Shown: positions 45,668-54,440 of the stretch, piece after piece
Position numbering within the stretch: the first letter of the stretch is position 1
Layout of the letters: the number at the start of each line of letters is the position of its first letter
Source of the DNA: an uncultured virus (IMG/VR IMGVR_UViG_3300020577_009925)
Taxonomy: Duplodnaviria > Heunggongvirae > Uroviricota > Caudoviricetes
Reading direction: 5' to 3' (one strand)
DNA length: 64,000 nucleotides
IMG/VR virus record: IMGVR_UViG_3300020577_009925
Translations under genes and position numbers: made by a program
Notes under the pieces: generated by a model
What the model was told of the DNA's origin: nothing
The model's input: the letters and a program-made list of their open reading frames with translations, nothing else
The model's database searches: none

Positions 45668-48184
45668 TCAGGTGGCAAAGAGTGATTTGGATAAATCTAC
45701 AGCGCTGGCTCGAACAGGAACAAAACTTGTCGAAGCCTCATCGCTCTCGCCGGACTGGTGAGTGGAGTCCATGAAAGTCTTTTGAAGGTTCGAACCCATG
45801 AAGCGGGTCATGTAATCAGGATCAGAACCCAGCAGATCAAGAGCTCGAGTTACTCGTGGCTTAAACGGCGGAGGCTCGGCGTGTGTGATGATGTCTTTGG
45901 CACCGAGGTCCTCGAAGTCACGGGCGATTCGAGGAGTCACCTTGGTTCCGATGGTGTAGTGCGCAATCGGCGATTCGAGGTATCGACCGATCGACGAACT
46001 GGCATTTCCTGCGACAGCGCCGTCTCGAGGCTTCCAAAGCTTTTCCAACCTGGAGTAAGGAACTAAGTCGCCCGGAAGGAATTCGTTGTACTCGTCCTCC
46101 ATTTCAACCCGATCGATCGCCCCGCGGGAAAGTAGCTCGATGTTGCGGCGATTAACCGGGAAACCAGCTTCTTTGAGTCCCTTTCGAACAGCATGCGTAA
46201 GTGCCAGGCGACCTTCACCAATGCCCCTGAATCGCGTTACCTCGGCTGGATCGATGTTTCCACCAGTTAGTGCGTCGCCAGCTTCAACAACGTCACCAAC
46301 TTTGACTGTTGGCTCAAAGTCTGGTCCGGCATAACGCTCTTGGCCTTGTCCGATTTGGATGTACCAGCCTCCCTGAGGAGCTTCGCGAATTGAATTGACC
46401 TTTCCATCGTCATGAGCGTGAATGGCCAATCCAGAGCCTTCTTTGGGTGGACTGATAAGGCGTTCGATGAGAGGGAAACCGGCAAGTCCTGGGGTGCCTT
46501 TTCGTTTGCGAGTGCCGGAACCATGCTTGGCCGAATTCGAAACAATAAGTCCATTAGCCAGCACAAACAAATGATCCGGATTGTCGACCTCGATGTCGTA
46601 GCAGTGTAGCTCACCAACGGGTGTAACCGATCGTCGCTTGTACGCCTGCACAGACTTGCCCGCTGTTGAAAACCGCGTCTTACGACCCTCTTGCCACAGT
46701 GAGTTCAGAGACTCCGCCCTGGCACCCTTCTCCCCTGGAATGCCAACCTGGTCAAGAAACTTCCTGACAGCAGAACGATGTGAAAACTCAACTGAATACA
46801 GCGGTCGTTTTCTGGTATCTCGACCTAAATAGGAAATAGACTGCGGTATCATTGCATACACTCTATTCCCAACCTCTCCGCAAGGTCTAGCAGAGAACTT
46901 CCAGTTATCTTTGTCCGACTTCTGGGAGCTCGTTACCCGCGTTGACAAAATCTTGTGATTCTCCGTAGCTATAAGCTCCACCTGACAATCAGACTGCTCA
47001 GACCACTGATGCGAATACAGTACGCTCACGCACGGCTTTACACCTTGGTCGAACGTACTAATGACTCTTACCGGCTTGCAGTGACCAGCTACATCCGCAC
47101 CCAGCACCCAATCGCCAACCTGAATATCCTGAATCTCCTTAATTGAACCGTCTGCCATTCGAACAAGCGTACCCTCTGATAAGCAAAGTAGGGATTGGGT
47201 AACCTGCTCACTGATAGCCTGCGCACTGGGAAGCCCAACGTGCTCACCCCGAGCAGCCAATCTTCCGTTCTCTCTCAGTCCAACGTCCTTGGCGTAAACA
47301 CCTGAATCGATCGATGAAGATGAGATCGGCGAGCGAACGAACAATCGATTATCTCGGACCTTGTCCTTGAGGGCAGCAAGGATTCTCGGAGTGATGATGG
47401 TGTTCTTCTTGTACGGTCCGTAGTCACGAGCTAGGAGTGCTCCGACGTTGTCTTTGTCATCAGCATCAACAAAGACTCCACGATGCTGACCTACTGGTTC
47501 ATCGTCATCGTCACCCACAACAACAGCCCGGTGAGCAGACTGAGCTAGGAGCTTGCCAATGAATCCCCCCTGCGCCACGCCCAACTTGGTTGTTACCACC
47601 CCAACACGATTTGAATAAGCGTCTGCCAGGTATTGGGACATGCGAAGTCCCTGGGAGTATCCGCGGGTCAATGGAATGGGAATCGGTCTACCCGCACTAT
47701 CCGAAGCCATCATGTCGCCAGCTAGCATTCCGGCCACGCTCTTGGCATTACCTCGGCCAGCACCTTTGAGCTGAAGGTTGAAGCGGTTGTTTCGTTTGTC
47801 GCCAATCTGTACCACCTTGTCTGGTACTTCAATGGCGGCGTCCTCAAGCACCTTGGCGATAGCCGCCTTTCGCTCCGGACCCCTGGGCATGGTGTCCAAA
47901 AGCTGCTTGACCTTCATGTTGACACCATGCTGGTACTGGCGAATCTCATCAGGAGTGCGAAGGTCTTCGATGCTAAACGACGCTCCACCCATGGCCTCAC
48001 CAGACTTAAGTCCCAAACGCGTGAGCTGGTAGGAGATGTCTTGATATCTGTCAGGATAGCGGCGACCAATCTCAGTCATGACCCGCTTAATTCCCTTCTT
48101 ATCTAGCACATCGCCGGGACGATAAACGTCCTCGGGAAGGATCTGACGAAGCATGTGCTGGCCAAAGGTTTCAGGTTCTGACAT
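45668..48184 (-). CDS. rpoC: Multisubunit RNA polymerase beta' subunit, C-terminal half, with intein
   Basis: Bridge-helix-like LGVAQGGFIGKLL; RSP; GEHVGLPSAQAISEQVTQ...H trigger loop; GFPLIERL; VKVGDVVEAGDALTGG; RNIELL. No NADFDGD motif. Confidence 0.85.
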   Translation of the reverse strand: MSEPETFGQHMLRQILPEDVYRPGDVLDKKGIKRVMTEIGRRYPDRYQDISYQLTRLGLKSGEAMGGASFSIEDLRTPDEIRQYQHGVNMKVKQLLDTMPRGPERKAAIAKVLEDAAIEVPDKVVQIGDKRNNRFNLQLKGAGRGNAKSVAGMLAGDMMASDSAGRPIPIPLTRGYSQGLRMSQYLADAYSNRVGVVTTKLGVAQGGFIGKLLAQSAHRAVVVGDDDDEPVGQHRGVFVDADDKDNVGALLARDYGPYKKNTIITPRILAALKDKVRDNRLFVRSPISSSSIDSGVYAKDVGLRENGRLAARGEHVGLPSAQAISEQVTQSLLCLSEGTLVRMADGSIKEIQDIQVGDWVLGADVAGHCKPVRVISTFDQGVKPCVSVLYSHQWSEQSDCQVELIATENHKILSTRVTSSQKSDKDNWKFSARPCGEVGNRVYAMIPQSISYLGRDTRKRPLYSVEFSHRSAVRKFLDQVGIPGEKGARAESLNSLWQEGRKTRFSTAGKSVQAYKRRSVTPVGELHCYDIEVDNPDHLFVLANGLIVSNSAKHGSGTRKRKGTPGLAGFPLIERLISPPKEGSGLAIHAHDDGKVNSIREAPQGGWYIQIGQGQERYAGPDFEPTVKVGDVVEAGDALTGGNIDPAEVTRFRGIGEGRLALTHAVRKGLKEAGFPVNRRNIELLSRGAIDRVEMEDEYNEFLPGDLVPYSRLEKLWKPRDGAVAGNASSSIGRYLESPIAHYTIGTKVTPRIARDFEDLGAKDIITHAEPPPFKPRVTRALDLLGSDPDYMTRFMGSNLQKTFMDSTHQSGESDEASTSFVPVRASAVDLSKSLFAT
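46013..46024 (-). repeat. Dispersed palindrome, 1-mismatch copy (in RNAP gene)
   Basis: gc-GACAGCGCcGTC-tcg. Confidence 0.75.
46535..47185 (-). mobile_element. Intein (217 aa, endonuclease remnant only) in RNAP trigger loop
   Basis: Starts CLSEGTLVRMADG; ATENH block B; CYDIEV; ends LIVSN followed by +1 Ser. Confidence 0.9.
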
Positions 48185-48206
48185 GACTTAACTGGCTGAG
48201 AATTGT

Positions 48207-48232
48207 GGCTATATGAAGTACGTGCATGTTAA
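48207..48232 (+). promoter_or_regulatory. Candidate phage promoter GGCTATATGA-N10/11-GTTAA
   Basis: The same motif occurs at 50167-50191 (minus); each copy precedes a monocistronic gene. Confidence 0.4.
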
Positions 48233-48256
48233 CTAACCTCAGAAAAGGAAAGCAAA

Positions 48257-48547
48257 ATGGGATACGTCAAAGTTGAAGAGTTCACGGTCCAGGAGAAAAT
48301 TAGTGATCGCAATGTGTACTACAAGTACGCGTGGAGAGCCAACGCTCGTAAGGTCGACGGCGTCTATCTCGCTGGGTATCTTCCAGTCCCGAGCGAAGTC
48401 CGCGTAACTATGAGTTATGACGAGGCGATTGCTCTACGAGATGACGTCAGAGCTAGAGGAGGAGACGCTCGGGCATTTCGCACGGAGACGGTTGAGTGGC
48501 GAGGACCTATGCCTGCGACGCAAGACGCAGACTCGGAATACTGGTAA
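48257..48547 (+). CDS. Small hypothetical protein (only convincing plus-strand gene)
   Basis: Fills a gap between minus-strand genes; AAGGA RBS; followed by a terminator. Confidence 0.7.
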   Translation: MGYVKVEEFTVQEKISDRNVYYKYAWRANARKVDGVYLAGYLPVPSEVRVTMSYDEAIALRDDVRARGGDARAFRTETVEWRGPMPATQDADSEYW

Positions 48548-48549
48548 CC

Positions 48550-48583
48550 AAAAGAGGCTCTGGCCTCTTTTTTTAGCTACCAG
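48550..48583 (+). terminator. Terminator (possibly bidirectional) with TTTTTTTAGCTACCAG tail
   Basis: aaagaggc/gcctcttt stem between convergent genes. Confidence 0.75.
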
Positions 48584-49694
48584 CGACAGCGCTGTCTCGA
48601 AGCGAATTTCCCTGCTGTCGTTCCTGCCACTGTAAGCGATTTAACCGTTCTCGCGTCTTAGGATCACGAAGAAGCGTTGCCAGTTGCCTTTCAGTAAGCC
48701 GCGACTTGGACTTTCGCTTAGGCTTAGGCTTCTCGGGCTGCTCCTTTCCAAATAACGACTGGAACAATTTCCCGCCACCATAGAATCCGCCTGCGGCCCC
48801 GAGTGCTGGAAGAGCTGAAACCATAGCTAGGTTACTAACACCTGGCCTGCCGAACGCCGATCCGGCTTGTTGTGCTCGTCTCTCAAGAACATTGCTCAAG
48901 GCGTTGCCGCCTAAAAACCCTAACGACGCACCTGTGCCCTTAGCTACGTTCTCCGCCTTACCAGTAGCGGCGCCGTAGACGCCTCCTAAAGCTAATGAAG
49001 ATGCTAATCCCCTGGACACCTGATCAGCCCTGGCTCTAGGTGCGACGTGCCCACTCATTCGCTTTTGAAAGCCGGGCTCGCCAGTCATCGTGCCAGCGAT
49101 GTAGTTGATGTATCCAGGCACTCCCTCGAACATCACGTGAGGTGCGGCATCAGTGACCGCCGACTTTAGTTGAAACTTCAGCACATCCATCGCTGACGCG
49201 TTTGGATTGTCCTGCTTAAACTTAGCTACCTGCATAGACAAGCTTGGCCAGTTGTCCTCGTGGAAAATCCACTCTTTGCCATGGCGATGTAAATGCATGC
49301 CGACCTGCGGATGCCGCCATGTCCTGATTTGCGTCTGACCCCTTTCAGGAACCGCCACGTAAGATGGGAGAAAGCCTATCTGCTTGAGCTGCTCAGGGGT
49401 TAAGTCTTGGGCTGGAATTGCCGACCTAGGTAGCGACGCGGAGGAAAAGCCAGGCGATATTCGATGTTGCTCAAGTGCACCGAGGACAGCATCAAGCTTC
49501 GTGGTTTGCGGATCAACGCCTTGCTCATTGAGTCGTCCAACAATCTTCTCTCGAAGCGTAGGTAGCGGCACGATCTGAGGCTTAACCTCAGGCATCTTAA
49601 CTGGGAGCCCGACACCGGTCATCACGGGACCATCGGGAGCCAAAGCCTCGGCGGTCTTTTGAAAAAACGGACAAGTGTATCGGTGCTGCGACAT
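48573..49694 (-). CDS. Glycine-zipper protein, probably virion-associated
   Basis: N-terminal QKTAE; C-terminal Gly-rich hydrophobic helices; ATG at 49694 preferred. Confidence 0.55.
   Translation of the reverse strand: MSQHRYTCPFFQKTAEALAPDGPVMTGVGLPVKMPEVKPQIVPLPTLREKIVGRLNEQGVDPQTTKLDAVLGALEQHRISPGFSSASLPRSAIPAQDLTPEQLKQIGFLPSYVAVPERGQTQIRTWRHPQVGMHLHRHGKEWIFHEDNWPSLSMQVAKFKQDNPNASAMDVLKFQLKSAVTDAAPHVMFEGVPGYINYIAGTMTGEPGFQKRMSGHVAPRARADQVSRGLASSLALGGVYGAATGKAENVAKGTGASLGFLGGNALSNVLERRAQQAGSAFGRPGVSNLAMVSALPALGAAGGFYGGGKLFQSLFGKEQPEKPKPKRKSKSRLTERQLATLLRDPKTRERLNRLQWQERQQGNSLRDSAVAGS
48585..48596 (-). repeat. Dispersed palindrome, copy 7 (CDS end, next to terminator)
   Basis: gc-GACAGCGCTGTC-tcg. 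Confidence 0.95.
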
Positions 49695-49751
49695 GATTAA
49701 CCACTGCGACTGTAGGCTCGTAAGGTCCTCAGCATAACAAATAACCAACCC

Positions 49752-49788
49752 CTGATAGCTAAAAAAAAAAGCTACCTTGTGGGGCAGC
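49752..49788 (-). terminator. Terminator with T10-AGCTATCAG tail
   Basis: gctgcc/ggtagc stem, T10, then AGCTATCAG. Confidence 0.7.
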
Positions 49789-49797
49789 CTCTCAAAC

Positions 49798-50124
49798 CTA
49801 GCGATCGATCCGCCGAGGTTTCCATGTTTCGCCGAATAGGCCTACATGGAACTCTAAATCACCAGGCTTCGCATTCTTTGGTCTAGCGATCTTAGCAATC
49901 CCAATATCAGTGAACTCGTAATCGGTCATCGACACTTTGATTGCCAGTGCTGAGTTCTCCAGCCAGCTGTTACCGGCAGGGCCCTCGATGTGATCCAGAT
50001 CGAACGCCGGCATCTTGCTTCGACCAATGGCGATGATTCCAACTATCAACAAAAGCATCAGGATCATTCCGCCACTGATACTAACCCCACCAATAACCAG
50101 AAATGCCTTTTTATTCTTGTCCAT
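49798..50124 (-). CDS. Small signal-anchor membrane protein
   Basis: Basic N-terminus followed by a long hydrophobic helix; AAGGA RBS. Confidence 0.65.
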   Translation of the reverse strand: MDKNKKAFLVIGGVSISGGMILMLLLIVGIIAIGRSKMPAFDLDHIEGPAGNSWLENSALAIKVSMTDYEFTDIGIAKIARPKNAKPGDLEFHVGLFGETWKPRRIDR

Positions 50125-50166
50125 CTTGGCTTCCTTCTCGGATTGAGTTTTGAATTCGCGTCAGGA

Positions 50167-50191
50167 TTAACGCGTTACACCTCATATAGCC
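50167..50191 (-). promoter_or_regulatory. Candidate phage promoter GGCTATATGA-N10-GTTAA
   Basis: Second copy of the motif at 48207. Confidence 0.4.
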
Positions 50192-50206
50192 CGTGATGGA
50201 CCTCGA

Positions 50207-50896
50207 TTAAGCTCCGACAAGATACGGATTGCCGCGGCTCTCAAACGCATGGCGGCTATGCTTCCAGCCAGTCGCGTGCATATCCAAATGCTCCGGGTGC
50301 AGGGTACTCCCAAGTTCTATTCGCGAGATCGCAAACGGGTAGCCACACAGGTAAGACCTGTGCATGCAGTACACGTAAGAGTCTGCCACTAGCAGCCCAT
50401 GCTTAACATGAGGAAGCGGATGGTCCAGATAGTACTCCAGCGGATGCTCATAGATGCCTGTTGCCGATAGTACCTCCCGAAGCCTTTCACAGTTGACCAG
50501 GTATAGCTGTGTTCCGTAGTACCCATTAGTTGTCGGTCGCCAAAGCGGAGCGTCGTCGTAAGCCCCATGAGCGAGTGTTGCTAGTTGCAACAGCGTCGCA
50601 TCCTCCGGGGCATCGGCAACCAACTTCTCAACGTCAATGACTCCGAAGAGCTCTATGTCATCCTCACCAACCAGAGCCCACTTAGGCCAAACCGATGTTG
50701 CCAGTCGCAACTGAACGCCAATATGAGAGAGCAGACACGCGTAGCCTGGCTTGGTGTAGGGCGGCTCGAACGTGATCCGCTGATGCTCTATCGCAGCAAA
50801 TCTCGTAGAGGCGTACCCAGTCCGCCCAAGCATGGACTCCATGTGAGTTCGCCGTTCAATGTGCCCATGACAGTTGATCCAATTAAGTGCAAGCAT
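50207..50896 (-). CDS. Glycosyltransferase family 25-like protein
   Basis: WIN...ERR..M, RFAAI, ACLLSH, LVGEDD and YGTQLYLV motifs. Confidence 0.7.
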   Translation of the reverse strand: MLALNWINCHGHIERRTHMESMLGRTGYASTRFAAIEHQRITFEPPYTKPGYACLLSHIGVQLRLATSVWPKWALVGEDDIELFGVIDVEKLVADAPEDATLLQLATLAHGAYDDAPLWRPTTNGYYGTQLYLVNCERLREVLSATGIYEHPLEYYLDHPLPHVKHGLLVADSYVYCMHRSYLCGYPFAISRIELGSTLHPEHLDMHATGWKHSRHAFESRGNPYLVGA

Positions 50897-50904
50897 ACCA
50901 ATCT

Positions 50905-50944
50905 CTGATAGCTAAAAAAGAGGTCCGGAATTAACCGGACCCCT
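50905..50944 (-). terminator. Terminator with T6-AGCTATCAG tail ending the accessory operon
   Basis: gtccgg/ccggac stem, T6, then AGCTATCAG. Confidence 0.75.
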
Positions 50945-50947
50945 GTT

Positions 50948-51595
50948 CTATTTCTGACCTACTGGAACCGTCAACAAAATCTTGTGAAGTCCCGCTGCGC
51001 ATCTAGAAACAAACCGTCGACAACCGTCGCTATCTGGCTCCCAAATCTCAACGTTCTCCAGCCAATGCGACTGTTGAAAACCTAACGCCTCAACAGCCTG
51101 TAAAGCCGTCTTGGCAATTGGTCCCCGTCGCAAGTAACACCCGACAAAGCAATGGGTGTAACGATTCTCATCCGCCACAACAAACTCGCCCTCTTTTGGA
51201 ATCCCAACGAGAACAAATGGAAACGTCGTAGCAACGCCCTCGTGGCTCATCGAAAGCGTGAGCTTGCTAAGAACTCTCTCGGCGTCGTCGATCCGAGTTT
51301 TAAGTTTCTTGGCGTAGTTACCCAAGATGTAGTGCAGGTCGTTTTTGTTTACGCACACTCGGTTGAGCCACAACTGCACGTCTTGAACGGCCCTGTTTCG
51401 ATGATTAGCAACAAATCGCGTTACAGCCCCATCCGCCAATCGATCCTTCCTAAACTCAAGTAGCCCTGGAAGGTCTCCTGGACAAGCGTCCAAAACGTGG
51501 ATGAGAAAGTCATCCTCTTCGAGCAACTCTTTGCAAACGATTGAATAGTCAACCACAGCTTGTTCCTTAATCAAACACAATGGTCGAGGCAACAT
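50948..51595 (-). CDS. Hypothetical protein (start uncertain)
   Basis: Co-oriented ORF. Confidence 0.5.
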   Translation of the reverse strand: MLPRPLCLIKEQAVVDYSIVCKELLEEDDFLIHVLDACPGDLPGLLEFRKDRLADGAVTRFVANHRNRAVQDVQLWLNRVCVNKNDLHYILGNYAKKLKTRIDDAERVLSKLTLSMSHEGVATTFPFVLVGIPKEGEFVVADENRYTHCFVGCYLRRGPIAKTALQAVEALGFQQSHWLENVEIWEPDSDGCRRFVSRCAAGLHKILLTVPVGQK

Positions 51596-53720
51596 CGCCT
51601 TGACACCACTTACGGATTAGCTCCTGCTGGTTCTGCAGTCCCAATGCCCAGACCACATACTTGGTTTGGTAATCAACTGCACCCCTTCCAACTGGAATGC
51701 TAACAGTCACATCAGCCACTGTACCAGGTGTAGCTTTGAGTGAGTGCCCGAAACCGTACATTTGCTTCATGCCGTGAAGCTTGAAGTAAATGTATTGACT
51801 AAGCACTGTCGGCCTCTTGACACGGAAGCATGTCCGGTCGCGGCTGACCAAAAACGGCTCAGTATGATACTCCAAGTTTGCTCCAGCACTCCCGTCACCG
51901 TTGGCGGCAAAAGAAATAACTGGCTCACTGGTGCTCGCACGAATAAGCTTCTCAGCAATCACACTGGTGTCGACTCGCTGGGCGTCGATATACGCCAAGA
52001 TATCCTTGCCCGCACTGTAAAGCGGATAACCATCACTAGGTCGCACGCATCGCATGCCCCACCAAACAGTCTTAGCCCAGCCAGTCTTGTGATGGATGAA
52101 CTCAAAGTACTCGTCGTCGCCCAGGCATACGTCCTGAAACTCCAACTTTTTACCGTCTGGTTTCTGAGACAGCGCTGTCGTTCTGATGACATCCGTCAGT
52201 TTCCTGACCGCATCCGGATACTCCGAGGCGGCAATTGTTGGACTGTCGTCGACAACGTCTAGCTGTCGCAGCTCGTCCATAGTCCAGAATCGCTGCGGCG
52301 ACCAATCACCCTCTAGGAATCTTTGAGCCGGCACAACCTTGACGCCTGCGCTACATGGGGTCAGGCCCTCGTAGTACCAGCTATTAAACGCCTGCACCAC
52401 ACGAGAAAGATCATTTCGATCGATCGGAAGTCGATACAGATCGCGACTCTCGCCAATCTCCGCCACAACAGCGGTGAACACTGGGCTGGTTTGTACTCTT
52501 GGCTCAAGTCCAACCTTCTTGCTGACGATCAGAATGCACGTCTTCTTGTCCGTGGCGTAGAACGTTCGCGGCGGCAAGGCAATCACGCCGTTAACCTCCA
52601 CTCGCTGCGATAACTGCTCAAGATACTTAGTCTGCAGCAGCAGCCCATCAGGAACTACAACAATCGCCTGTCCACCTGGGGCTAAATGTTCGGCGATCCA
52701 GTCCATAGCTAGAGCTTCAGTGCCTCGGCCGTGATGACTGTAAAAGGCATCGATCTCACCGGCCTCGAGGGATTCGCGAACTACGGCCGACCCCCGGTAG
52801 TTGTAAGGAGGATTAGACACAATGAGGTCAAACCGCATCGCTGGGAATTCGCCGAAAGTTCCCAGCGGCGTGCGGACGAGCTTGAACATGCTATGCGCAA
52901 GAGCTCCGAGTGAGGCAATCGATTCTTTATTGACATGACTAGCCAGATGAACGGCCAGATTGAACTTGGCCATCGCAATGGTTTGGTAGTCATCAGAATC
53001 TTCGCCGCCTCGATCCATGCCAAACAGCGAGATCTTCGGCAAGAACGTCGGACCCTTGGGCGTGTAATCGGCTTTGGCGACCTCCGAGCGACTGAGCGTC
53101 TCAAGAAGTAGTCCGCCAACGCCGCAAAACGGATCACATACTTTGTACTTCTGACCCGCTTTGAACAGCTTCACGCACGACATGTCGAGCATAGCTCTAA
53201 CTACAACCCGCGGGGTGAAGAACTGACCCAGCAAACGACTCTCAGCACTTTGCCTGAGGAACATCTCGTAAAGTCTTGACTTGTCGTAGTCGCCGTCACT
53301 AAACCAGTTGGGCGGCACTTCTTTGAGCTGGACGATCAACTGAGCAAACAGCGGAGCATGCACAATACTAGGCCCGTCAGGACCAACAAACAGCGACTGC
53401 TCTGACACAATCGCTTCACCAATGATGCTACGACCAAAACAATCGATCATCTCTGGTCGGCACTTGCGAACATAGTGCGTCAGCGCCGCTGTTTGTGAGC
53501 TTTCCAGGTGCTCACGCACTGAATCGAAGTTGCAGTACTTACCCAGAACCTTGGTGTCACTGAGAAACCGAAAGAGCATCAGCTCCATCACGTTGTACAG
53601 GCATTTCTGCGGCTGTTTGCCTGTGTGCTCCCAAATCACTTGCCACAACGATTTAGCCCAACTCTCCATCCGTCCGTCACCTTGCCATCCGCGATTCGAA
53701 ATGTGGCCACTAATTCCCAC
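51567..53720 (-). CDS. N6-adenine DNA methyltransferase (HsdM/type IIG-like) with fused specificity-like C-terminal domain
   Basis: GQFFTP, DPFCGVGG (SAM binding), SNPPY (catalytic), VVPDG; C-terminal TRD-like region. Confidence 0.85.
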   Translation of the reverse strand: MGISGHISNRGWQGDGRMESWAKSLWQVIWEHTGKQPQKCLYNVMELMLFRFLSDTKVLGKYCNFDSVREHLESSQTAALTHYVRKCRPEMIDCFGRSIIGEAIVSEQSLFVGPDGPSIVHAPLFAQLIVQLKEVPPNWFSDGDYDKSRLYEMFLRQSAESRLLGQFFTPRVVVRAMLDMSCVKLFKAGQKYKVCDPFCGVGGLLLETLSRSEVAKADYTPKGPTFLPKISLFGMDRGGEDSDDYQTIAMAKFNLAVHLASHVNKESIASLGALAHSMFKLVRTPLGTFGEFPAMRFDLIVSNPPYNYRGSAVVRESLEAGEIDAFYSHHGRGTEALAMDWIAEHLAPGGQAIVVVPDGLLLQTKYLEQLSQRVEVNGVIALPPRTFYATDKKTCILIVSKKVGLEPRVQTSPVFTAVVAEIGESRDLYRLPIDRNDLSRVVQAFNSWYYEGLTPCSAGVKVVPAQRFLEGDWSPQRFWTMDELRQLDVVDDSPTIAASEYPDAVRKLTDVIRTTALSQKPDGKKLEFQDVCLGDDEYFEFIHHKTGWAKTVWWGMRCVRPSDGYPLYSAGKDILAYIDAQRVDTSVIAEKLIRASTSEPVISFAANGDGSAGANLEYHTEPFLVSRDRTCFRVKRPTVLSQYIYFKLHGMKQMYGFGHSLKATPGTVADVTVSIPVGRGAVDYQTKYVVWALGLQNQQELIRKWCQGDVASTIVFD
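52168..52179 (+). repeat. Dispersed palindrome, copy 8 (in MTase linker)
   Basis: tga-GACAGCGCTGTC-gt. Confidence 0.95.
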
Positions 53721-53729
53721 TAAAGTCTC

Positions 53730-54125
53730 CTAATTAACACTGGGATCGAAATCCTTCGGTACACCGTCGGTCGGTAACATCATCTTGATTCCTACTGACT
53801 TGCACTGCAGTAGCTTCTTGGCGAACTCGGCAATCGGCTCGCCTGGTTCACGAATCCACAGATAGTTCCGCACAGCATCAGGAAATATCGTCTCTCTAAC
53901 GCTAGCGATGTAGCCCTTGAACCGCTCCAAAGATACTTCCAGCGGCTCCTCACCACTGCGATAGTTGTATGCACTATCGTCGGCTGTTAGCTCATTTCCA
54001 GCTTCCACCATGAACACCGCCAACAACATACTCTCTTCTTTGACCTGCGTCAGAGTTGCCATGAAAGTGAATTTGGTGCTCATGAGCATTGCTATAGCCC
54101 GCACCTTTTCAGTAACTGGTAACAA
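53730..54125 (-). CDS. Hypothetical protein, paralog of 54365..54757
   Basis: Shared C-terminus LPTDxVPxDFDxSxN. Confidence 0.6.
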   Translation of the reverse strand: MLPVTEKVRAIAMLMSTKFTFMATLTQVKEESMLLAVFMVEAGNELTADDSAYNYRSGEEPLEVSLERFKGYIASVRETIFPDAVRNYLWIREPGEPIAEFAKKLLQCKSVGIKMMLPTDGVPKDFDPSVN

Positions 54126-54137
54126 ACCTTCGCCCTT

Positions 54138-54440
54138 TCACTTTGGAGGAGGTGGGAGAGGTTTGAGCCTCTCCCATGGATAACTGGCGTTCATCCGATG
54201 CAGCAGCGGCCACTCTACTGGCACACGTACAACCTTGTCATCTCTAAGTTCAATGACAAACGGCTTGTGCAGATCGGCTATGTCCCAACTTCGGATGTCC
54301 TCAACCCTGCCATGGATTAGCGGATGTAAGGCAAGCCAAAGAACTAGATCAAATAGCCACACGATTAGTTCATGCTCGCGTCGAAATCTTGAGGCACGTA
54401 ATCCGTCGGAAGCGTCGGCATCATCGATAGGTACTTGCAC
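54138..54440 (-). CDS. Small hypothetical protein (true start probably near 54362)
   Basis: Fills the gap between the paralogs. Confidence 0.4.
   Translation of the reverse strand: MQVPIDDADASDGLRASRFRREHELIVWLFDLVLWLALHPLIHGRVEDIRSWDIADLHKPFVIELRDDKVVRVPVEWPLLHRMNASYPWERLKPLPPPPK

Noticed and set aside
45668..48184. rpoC fragment as evidence of a bacterial chromosome
   Set aside because: No rpoB or ribosomal gene context, highly divergent sequence, and it is embedded among phage head genes.
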